NCBI RefSeq assembly: GCF_016432865.1
Contig: NC_067403.1
Span: forward strand, 35,278,001 to 35,342,000
Length of the DNA: 64,000 bases
Reading direction: 5' to 3'
Source of the DNA: Antechinus flavipes
Lineage: Eukaryota
The notes beneath the pieces are model-generated. The model was not told where the DNA came from, did no database searches, and saw nothing but the letters and a program-made list of their open reading frames with translations. Both the position numbers and the translations under genes were made by a program. Every line of letters begins with the position of its first letter. Within the stretch, counting starts at the first letter, position 1. Positions 53,696 to 64,000 of this stretch are shown one piece after another.

Positions 53696-56168
53696 TGAAA
53701 GTGTTATTTAAAGCACCTTCCTGCCCAGAGGTGGATTGGGCTGGGTGACTTCGGAGACCTCCTCCAGTTCTGCGATCCTGTGGCTCCCGCCATTATGACT
53801 TACGGTGGAAATAGCAACATAAAAATCAGGCAGTCACCCAGGCTTGCAAACCCAGGCAGATGGAACCAGCCACTCTGTATTCTAAATGTTAAACAGGGTC
53901 TGTCCCCAGATGGTGTCGGCCACAGTAAAAAGTTGGCCTGCAAATGCCAGGCTCCAAAGCGTTAGGGCAAAAATCCTTTATAGTAACAGCAACAGACTGC
54001 TATTCCCTTTCAAGAAGAAAAAATGGTCCTACTTTTCATATGTCTCATGGAGGAGTATCATATGTGTATTCGCTATATTTAACTAAAGGCAAACATAAAG
54101 CAATGCTCAAACTGGTAATGACTTCCTTATAAATATAGCCTCTCTCCAGAATGTCCCCAAAGTGCTTAATTGAATGTATTCATAAAGAGTACTTTCAACT
54201 ACTATATACAGCCATAATGTTGCACTTACAGAGAACACTTTTTTTTTCAAATTGCTTTTACAAATATGTTTTGATGGACGTCTCCCAAATATGGTTTTTG
54301 TTTCACAATTTGAAAATCAAGGCACAAATTGGGCTCATTTAATACCAACAGTCATTTAAGCCAAGCTGGGAGTTTGCCATGCTACCTCCTCTTATGTTCT
54401 CACCATACAGTATGCTCTTATTGATTCAATTCAGCTAATGTTCATAAACCACCTTCAATATGCTGGGCACTGTGTTCAGCACCTTGATCGTAAAGGTCAG
54501 CCCAAAGCGGGAGCCGTTCGGATTGTGATACCACAACCTCATTTATTCATCGGAACAGAGATGTGTTCCAAACGTGACCCCACATGTAGGGGCTGCATCT
54601 TCTCTGATAACTTTGTGACCCGTAGGAAAGGAGGGATGGGATGACTCTTTAGTAGCTTGTAGATGGGAACAGGGAAAAAAGGAAGCAAAAATTCCCTTCT
54701 TGAATTATTCAAGATGCCCCCAGAGTCTTAGTGTGATTTTAGAGCTTAATTAGCTTTTGGAAGCTGTAGAGATCTGTAGAGATCAGTGTTGTTGAGTTGT
54801 GTCTAATTCTTTGTAACTCCATTTGCAAAAATACTGAAGCAAAAAAAGCATGAAGTAACTTGCACAGAATCACAAAGCTAATGTCTGAAGTCCAATTGGA
54901 ATTCAAATCTTCCTCACTCCAGTCATGGTATCCATTGTGTCCCTTCGCCTGCTGTTTTTCCCCTACTGGAGTATAAACAAGAGGATTTTTTTTTTCACTA
55001 TATGTGCATCCCTAGTTCTTAAAACATTTCCATGGTACATGATGAGCATATAAAATTATTGATTGATTGATTGATTAATGGATAGATTTCAACAATAAAG
55101 GGAAGATTTGGGGTTTGCATAAAAAGTAGAAATATATGGGTAAACTGATCTCTAATAAAAAAAAAGCTTCATAGGCTTGTAAAAATTTGTCACCTATTGT
55201 CTAATTTATACTTCTAACTCTTCACTTGCTGTCTCTACTTATATTAATAATTCTTAGGCATTCCTATGAAGGGTGAGCTATGCCCATTGAGACAAATGAT
55301 CTATAGTTGTTGGAGTTCAGTTGCCCAGCCTGGAAATTATTATACATTAAATTTAGTCTTACCTACTTTATTACAAGAGTTTGCTAGTTTGTCAGAAATC
55401 TAATATTTCATCATAAGAAAGCCAAAACACGGTTTCTGCTATTATTTGCTCCATGATGCATGACATTGGAGTCTGACTTAAATACCACCTGGGGTCTAAC
55501 TGAAGGTTGCAGAAAATGTTAAAATAAAGAACATTGTTTAACCAACACAGACCCGATGCAGTTTCATCAATGAATGTTCGTTTTAAGAAATTTTCAGTAA
55601 TTAGAGAACAATATGCTTCAGAGTGTAGTCTAGCATTCAAAAAACAATTTCATACAAGATAGACACTCTTTTGGGACACTATTCTCATACATAACCCTTT
55701 TCTTTATAGATTACTATTCAGCAATGACAAAGTCATAATGGAAATTCCTCTTTTCAAATTGTTCTATGTCATTTTTTATAGTAAATTTTGTGAATCTACC
55801 AGAAAAAACCTGTTTTCAACTAAATTTAATATGTTTTAAGAACAATCCAGAATGTTCTCACATTAATGAAATTATTTGTATTGCCCCTTTATAGACTGAT
55901 TGACATTTTCAAATGTGGTCCTCACTGTTCACCAAGTTAAATTCTGATTAAGAAATGCTAGCAACATAACTGCTGACAGAGATAGCGTACACATAGAAAT
56001 CTCCATATAATATAGATATAATTGAAATATGAGAAATTCAGACAGGTAGGATTTATTGTTTGATTTTGTTATTGTTCAATGGTTTGACCCAATTTAGTGA
56101 AAGAGGAGGAGGAAGAGTAGAAGGAAAAGGAAAAGAAGAGGAAGAGGAAGAAGGAAGAAGAAGGAAAA

Positions 56169-56423
56169 NNNNNNNNNNNNNNNNNNNNNNNNNNNNNNNN
56201 NNNNNNNNNNNNNNNNNNNNNNNNNNNNNNNNNNNNNNNNNNNNNNNNNNNNNNNNNNNNNNNNNNNNNNNNNNNNNNNNNNNNNNNNNNNNNNNNNNNN
56301 NNNNNNNNNNNNNNNNNNNNNNNNNNNNNNNNNNNNNNNNNNNNNNNNNNNNNNNNNNNNNNNNNNNNNNNNNNNNNNNNNNNNNNNNNNNNNNNNNNNN
56401 NNNNNNNNNNNNNNNNNNNNNNN
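56169..56423. other. Assembly gap (255 N)
   Basis: Run of N after a GAA/GAG purine tract (about 56095-56168). Confidence 1.
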
Positions 56424-58019
56424 TTTTAAAAATCAATATTCAAAAGTCTATGTGATGATATTGGTATGAGTATTTGATACCTTCTGTGAGGTCCATCACA
56501 AGCTATTCATGTCTATCCATTCTCTCATCCATGTCATCCCATACATTTACCACACAGAATCTACCCATAAATGGCCAGTCTTCTTCTTGATCTTTACATC
56601 ACAAATCAAAAGGAAAAATGGAGCATCCATAAATTATCCCCTATACTTAAGATCTTTATAATTCCTACATGTCTCAGGCAATATCCTTTATATCATTTCT
56701 CCTCTGTAATTCTTTGTTTATAATGTGCCTTTACCTCCTTACATTCCTTATGATCCATTTATTCCCAAGGTGGATCCTTAAAAGATGAAACATTTCATGT
56801 GAGTATGAACTTTTGCTAATTGGCAAAAATGAAGCTTAAGACTTACTCTATTGAGTAGTTTTCCCCCCACTTTTTCTATAGGCTTGACTTAATGATCCAT
56901 CTCTTGCCCTGGATTACCTTAATTATGCTGCTTTTAAATACACCATAATACTTTCAGATCATACATCCTTTCAGCAGTGTCTAGTATAAGTAATTGTGAG
57001 GACACGTTGTGTAATTCTGCATGCAGAAAGAAAGTGAGTCCTTTTATCCCTTCCTTCCCTCCTTATTCTCCACCCAATTTATAAAAGCTTTTCTTTAGTT
57101 GAGTATATAAGATTAAGTCTGAAGATAGGTCAGGGGAGGAGGATTTAAAATTCTAAAATGCAGAGAATGATTTTTGTTTTTATTTTCTTTCATGTGTATA
57201 TCTCTTTGCACCAAGTAAGTGCTTAATAAATGTTTGTTGGAGTAAAATAAGTTTAAAAAAAAAAGAATTAATCTATAGATTTTGAGGTGAGTTTAGAAAC
57301 CATATGAAATAAATGATGTCCACGCCATTGCTAATCCCTCAAGAATGAATTCTCTGAAAAATCTACTAACATTATATTTAAAAAATAAGGCATGGAACTA
57401 GAGCTTATGATATACTCTGGAAGGAGGAAGAACACACATATGTTAATCACTTACAAGACAATAGGTAGCCCAGGTTGTATACCCGAGATTCTCACATTCG
57501 GTTAAATCCCTGCAGAAGATTTATGAGAGCAAAAAAAGAAAATGAGAAGGTACAGATAGGTCATGATCTGCATTGGTGAAGAAAGCAGTCAAGCTGATAC
57601 AACTATAGCTTAAACAAAATACATTATATATAAATATAAAGTTTTGTGTGATGAAGCAAAGAATACAATTTGTGAGTTAGAACGCTTTGTGGAATAGAAA
57701 ACATTTGACTGGACTTTAGTAGTATTGCAACAGGCAGAAATGGGGGAGAAGGGCATGATTTAAGCAAAGTCATCAATTTAGTGAAAAATAGGATGTGTTC
57801 AGGGGACAGATAGTATTCCAGTCTGATAGAAGTAGATAGATTGTGTGAGGAAGTAGAGCGTGAAGTAAAGTTATAAAAGCTGATTGGAACCAGATTTGGG
57901 GGATTAAAAGAGTCCAAATTTTTATTAGGCTATAAGGAGACGTTGACAAATTTTAAGCAGGGAAGCAAATGTATCCCTTCTATCCCAAATTCTTTGCCCA
58001 TTTGACTGAATCTTCATTT

Positions 58020-58447
58020 TTAATAGCATTTCATTTTTCCCAGTTACCTGTCAAGAAAATTTTTTGAATTCATCTTTACAGGGTTTTGAATTCCAAATTT
58101 TTCTCCCTCACTCACTCCCCTCTTCTAAAGATGGTAGGCAGTTTTATACAGTTTATACATGTGCTATCATGTAAAACATATTTCCATATTAGTCATAATT
58201 GTGAAAGAAGGAACAGATCACAAGAGGGGGGAAAAGGAGAAAAAAATAAGAAAAATATTCTTCAATCTGCATTCCAGATTCATTGATTCTTTATTTTTTT
58301 TCCCCTTCATGAGTCCTTTGTACTTGTCTTAGATTATTATGTTGTGGAGAAGAGCTGAGTCAATCGTAATTGAACATCACATGATGTTGCTGATTTTGTG
58401 TACAATATTTTCCTGGTCCTGTTCATTTCACTTTGCATCAGTTTGTA
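58020..58447 (-). mobile_element. L1 3' UTR, antisense (similar to 20300-21220)
   Basis: tttttcccagttacctgt...tatacatgtgctatcatgtaaaacatatttccatatt...gaagagctgagtca...ttcatttcactttgcatcagtttgtac. Confidence 0.8.
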
Positions 58448-60367
58448 CAATTGACTGAATCTTTATAGCTTTATCCACAGATTTTTCATCTAACTCATCC
58501 CAATCATTTGAGAGGCCTTTCTTCCTAGCACTGCAGGGCAAATTTAACAACAAATATATATATATGTATGTATGTATGTATATATAATGAAAAGCGTTTG
58601 AAGTCTGTGATATGTACTCTGAGTTTCCATGTTCCATGTGGGTAATATTTGGTTGGTGAAGAGTAGGACTGACAGATTCTCTAGGCACATAGAAAATGTT
58701 CTTGATGCCTTAATGAGTTCAAACCCCCAATTTCCTCCAGGTGCATCTTAGTCACTTCTTTAAATATGTCTGATGTTCTCCCAGGTATGAAACTCTCAGC
58801 ATCATTCATCACCCTGGTGTATCACATGAACCATAGTTACTTTTAGGTATTAATTCAAAAAAATAAACACACCAATAGATAACTATCCATCCCATTTAGC
58901 CCAATTCAGCAACTAAAGTATTTCTAGTTTATGGACCCCAAGTGTCAACCTACCTGATCCATACTGGAAAAGAATGGGAATCTTCTGTCATTTTATGGCA
59001 CGACATTTTTTGTTTCTTCAGAGGCACTTTTTGCTGTTAGACCCAAAGAATTAGTTGATGCAGTTCTATGGTATAAAGTAGGGAATCTTTTGGAGCCTTT
59101 AGTGATTCTGTACTAGAACTGCAAGCCTGGGAAACTTCAGCAAAGGGACAGAATATCTGACTGGTCTTGGCTGGGGCAAAGAAAGTAGTCTAGGCTCCCT
59201 TGTTGTGATCTCCCTCAGCAGGGAAATGTTGGTGACAAATAGCTCAATTAAATGAAGCTTTGAACTTGTATTTGACCTAACTCCTTTAATCTTCTGCTTT
59301 TGCTGGGTTCAAAGACTAGAACAATACAAAGATGCACTTTAGGATTCCCTAGAGGGAAAAGAAAAAGAAAGAAACAGAAGTCAGTGTTAGGAAAGATTAA
59401 TTAAGAAAATAACTTTTGAGACAGATCCATTCATTGCTGCTGCCAGCAGTTGACTTAGCCCAAGGTCATGTAGCCAGTATGTGTCTGGGGGAGAACCTGA
59501 ACTTGGAATCCATTCCATTGAGCTGCCTCTTTTTAATTAGTTTACCAAATTAATTAATTTAAATAAATAATTAAAAAGACACCCTGCCTTTCTGAAAGTA
59601 AGCCTTGCTATTGGTCAGTTCCCAAGCCTCATACATTGGATTTATTTCTCTAGCCACATAGCCTGTTTTTAATTCTCAATTCTCATCTCGCAGTAAAAAC
59701 TTCAAGGACCATCTCTTCCCCTTACTTAGGAATGTATATCTCTTATTCCCTCCAGAAACTTCTCAGCAAAGGCCAAGCTGCTTTCCAACCATTTTCCCCC
59801 TCAAATTAGAAAGAATTACAAAAACAATTATAATAATAAAAGGCTTAAAATTTAATGATACTATTATAAGGTTTATAAAGTATTTTAAATCTTTATCTCA
59901 GTTAATCCTCATAACAACCTTTAGAGACGCTATTATTATCTCCACTTTACAGATGGAGAAACTAAGGCTGAGAAGTTAATGACGTTCATAAATGTCTGAA
60001 AGAAGATTTGCATTCAACTCTTCTTGACTCCAAATCCAACACTCCATCCACTGCCAAATAAAGAATCAGATCCATCAATTTGTCTAACTCTGCTATTTCA
60101 AGATTTGATCCTGTTTTTCTACTAACTTAAAGTATTTCAAACAAGAGAATATGAACCCCATTCAGGAAAGGAATTGTTTTTCATTCTGTTTTCATGTTTG
60201 GGGTCAAAGGATGTAGATAGATTCAAATCCTGGATCTGCCATTTTTTGGGTGAGTCATTTGAGTTTCAGTTTTCTAATCACAATCAAAAAGTTTCATTAG
60301 ACAACTCTGAAGGTCCCTCATTGAGTGGAGAGGTCAAGGAAGGCTCTATGGAAGAGGCACTAAAGGC

Positions 60368-60640
60368 AGCTGGTAGTCCAATAGAAAGGTGGAAGGTCTG
60401 GAGTCAGAAAGACCTAAGGTCAAATGTGACCTCAGATACTTATTATGTGACTCTGTCATGTCGTTTAATCGCTGTCTACCTCAATTTCTTCAACTGTAAA
60501 ATGGGGATAATAGTAGTATCTACTTTAAAAGGCTGTTATGAGGACCAAATGAGATAATATTTGTAAAGAGCTGAGAACAGAGCCCAGCACATAATAGGGA
60601 CTATAGCAATGCCTATTCTCTCCCTCCACTCCCCTTGCAG
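60368..60640 (+). mobile_element. Near full-length MIR-type CORE-SINE
   Basis: ggcagctggtag...tggagtcagaaagacctaaggtcaaatgtgacctcagatac...ctgtaaaatggggataatagtag...gagataatatttgtaaag...cccagcacata. Confidence 0.8.
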
Positions 60641-63600
60641 CTCTATCTGTGATCCCGTGATTCTCTACTGCTTCAAACATCACAGCATACAGTAGATCCC
60701 TACTACAAATCTGTTTGAACTGACTAGAATTTTATCTCTGAATCTATTACTCTCTAGTAGGTTGTTTTTTTTTTCTGAGCAATCTTTTTTTCTTTGTCCA
60801 CATTTCCCTTGACCATCTGTGGTCAATACTTACTGAAGTTAGATGCCACAGTCACACCTTGAGTGGGCCACTTAATTCTAATCTATGGCCAGTCTTCAAA
60901 CAACTTCTCATCAATGTGTGATATTAGTCAAAATGGGTATTAGATAAGAGTAGATGAGGCGGCTAAAATCCATTTCCCTTGTGGGGAAAAAATGAAACAA
61001 AAATAAAAATTAAACAAAAAAAATATCCCTAGTAGTGAAGGAAAAGTATTTTCATATTTTAAAGAGAACAATATACTAATTTAATTGCATTATTTTTAGG
61101 TCCTAAATATTGTGAATAATGAATCCTCTGACGTTTTCACATATATTGAAATGCACACCATTATAATAATGGTTCTAATCCAGGGGAAATATTCAGTGCC
61201 AAATCATATTTACAGTGCCATTCCCTTTATTAAAGAAATTTCCTTGGCATTATTCCTAAATTCTGCCTTGGACATATTTTTCCAAAGGCTAGAGATAGAG
61301 GTATACACATATATACAAGTATATTCATTTACATAAATATTATCTTTTTTTTTTACTAAAATAACAAACCTAAATGCACCTAAATGAGTGTTTTCCCCTT
61401 AAACATAGGTACATTATGGTGACAGATCCTTATGTCAATGATCTTGCCATGGGTACAATATTTTTAGAAATCTTTCAGAATTTATAGCCTACTCTACTGT
61501 AGCTAGGATTGAACTTCTTTCTCTCTCTGAAACAGAAGAAGGGAAATAGACTTGGAGAGGTAAGGGTAGAAGCAGCAAAGATAAAGCCATTCATGACCAT
61601 AGAGAATCAAAGGTCAAAACAGCCCATAGTGCTCCTAAGATTATAGAACTAGAACTGGAACTGACTTGATGATCACATAAAGCAAACCTCTCATTTGATA
61701 GATGATTCGATAACTTGATTTGAAGTTAACCTAGTTGCCCAATATCACACAGTCAAGTAAGCATCAGAGATGAGATTTAAGCCAAGGACTCTGATGTCAA
61801 AGCCAGGGCCCTTTCCAGGGTGCCACAGGGTTTTCTCCATACAAGACAGGAGAAAAGCTTGTCCTATTACCTTTGCAAAGAGTCCACATACCAGGAAAAG
61901 GTATAGGATAAATCAGGATCCAGGTGTGGAAAAGTTACCCAAAATGCAGATAAAAATAGTACAGGAAGACAAAAACAAGTATCACTGAATTCAGCAGCTG
62001 TTGGAACTATGTTTTACTCTTTTTATCATAAGCTTCAACAGGGTGCTTGCTAACCACATCTCCCCATCACACTTGGCTGGGCAGGAGTTACTATTATGGG
62101 CAATGGCAGATATAAAATTAGAGCCACACAAGAAAATTGGTCTCATTCTTTTATGGCCACAATTTATTTGTTTGTTTCCAAATTCAAAATGGCATTATCC
62201 ATCTTCATCACTCACTCATTCACCAGACATGGCTCCAGATGTCTTTTGGCTATTTTTAAAAATCTAAATATTCTTCAAAGAATGAAGACTGATACCAATA
62301 AGAATATTCAGAAGTTCTAAAGACATTTACGGAAGAGCAATTCCAAAAAGGTTTTTTTACCAATGTAATGGTAGTATATCATTGAGATTAATAAAATACA
62401 AAGTTTCACTAGGGAAGTACTTTGAAGAGGAGCCATCATTAAATCTTAGAATGGGCAAGAAAGGGCTTCAGATGCCATCTAAAGATATAAATTCATTGAC
62501 AGATGAGTTGGTTGGAAGGTAAGGAAAGAAACTCATTTGGACGAATAAACTCTAGTTGATTTGTGTTATATGAGTTTAAAATCTTTGTATTTACACCTTC
62601 CTTATACAAGGAAGCACATAAATGCCATCTGTACATATTTATAAAAGGAGCAAAAATGCAAAAAAAATATTCCAAAGTAACTATATCTTATTAAGAGTAG
62701 TTTATGGAACTGAAGGAAAGGGATGTGTTGAATTCAGGGTATGTTATAAGCACTTTTCATGTTCCAGAATACAAAGCTTAGGGTTGGCAGAAACTACATG
62801 GAAACAAATTTTTGTTCAATATAAAGAAGTAAGAAATACCTAAAAATGTGATCTGGACAGAAATGAAATTGGCTTTATTTTGTAGAAAGGTTGTATATAT
62901 CTAATAGAGGATCTCTGAACTCTTTTCCAATTTAAGGATTCTATGATTCTCTAATAAATCACATACACACATATGTATGTAGGTATATAAAGCATGTATG
63001 TGTTTTCCATGTGTATATATACATGTCTCTCTATATAGAAAAATCTGTGAAACTATATATGTGTATGTATATATATATATACATATACATACACACAATT
63101 CCTTTTCATTCTTCATCTTTGAAATTCAGTTACTTTTATCTTCTTCCTTCAAAACATTCACAATTCATATCTGAATTATTCTTAATTCATCTTCTTAGTA
63201 CTAAGATGTCACTTATTGAATTGTCTATTCCCATGAAGTCTCACCAGAGAACCTTTTCTGGCCATCATGCTCCATTGTTCCTAAGATCCCTAGCTTGGCT
63301 CAAATATCAACTTAAGAAAAATTTTTATAACAATGGTAATCAGTCAAGCAGAATTATAACTGAAAACCCAAATAAGGAATACAAAGTAACCCATTATTAT
63401 GTAGGGTGCATTAAGACTTCTCAAAAGCAAAAATAAAAAATAAAAATTTGGCATTTGTCTGTTGTAATCATTTTAAACCCCTCAATCATCTAAACTGAAA
63501 ATTCAATAAAGCACATACCATTAAGACATAATCATTCATATTCTCTCTTCTGAAAAGCTTGTGCATTGTCATTCCATAAAGAAGATAGGGTTTATAACGA

Positions 63601-64000
63601 TATTTGGATGAGATGTTTGAGAAGGGGAGTATTGTCAGAGTATGGGTCCCCTGTGTCTCTTTTTTGTGGCTACTTCACTAAAAGTAACCTGTAAAATTGT
63701 GGGAGGCAAATGAAAATGTATCTATACTGACAATTATCCCCTTTTTGGAGGCTTTTTAAAGCCACAGCAACATTTTAAGAAACGCATTTAAATCAGCTGA
63801 ATTCACCACATAGTGTAAATGCTATACTTTGAAAAGCAGATGAAGCTGACAATCTTTTTTATTCAAATGGAAATGGAAATGATCAAACAAATGTGGTTAA
63901 AAATTAGTGCTTAGCCTACAGTTAAATTACTGAATGGTTTACATAGTACACTTTTATTTTATTATTTCACCATTTACAATTTGCATATTACCAACTTGCT

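Noticed and set aside
54475-54483. REST/RE1 left half-site TTCAGCACC
   Set aside because: The GGACAG right half is missing and the match lies in an L2 remnant.

Overview
AT-rich, CpG-depleted, repeat-dense mammalian intronic DNA. The repeat content (Mar1-type CORE-SINEs with an RTE/Bov-B-like tail, 7SL-derived P7SL-like SINEs, marsupial-type L1 3' ends, many MIR and L2 copies) points to a marsupial; a dasyurid such as the Tasmanian devil is plausible but is only an inference. The single protein-coding feature is one 221-nt exon on the + strand (25426-25646) encoding [23 protein letters not shown]...DGTVLYGLR, i.e. exon 4 of the GABA-A receptor beta-1 subunit gene (GABRB1). The window is therefore the end of intron 3, exon 4 and the start of intron 4. 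Three N-gaps hide about 936 bp. Best observations: (1) a 119-bp tandem duplication has copied the exon-4 splice acceptor plus 23 exonic nt, giving an intact upstream AG whose use would frameshift and stop (candidate poison acceptor); (2) a TSD-flanked poly(A)-only insertion about 100 bp past the donor; (3) three 7SL-derived retroposons, one lacking most of the S domain like an Alu monomer; (4) a nested L1-in-L1 with both TSDs intact; (5) a ~210-bp dispersed direct repeat and an 83-bp triple repeat with internal inverted repeats. I found no evidence for a novel multi-gene system. Repeat family names come from recalled consensus motifs, not database searches, and boundaries of old repeats are approximate.
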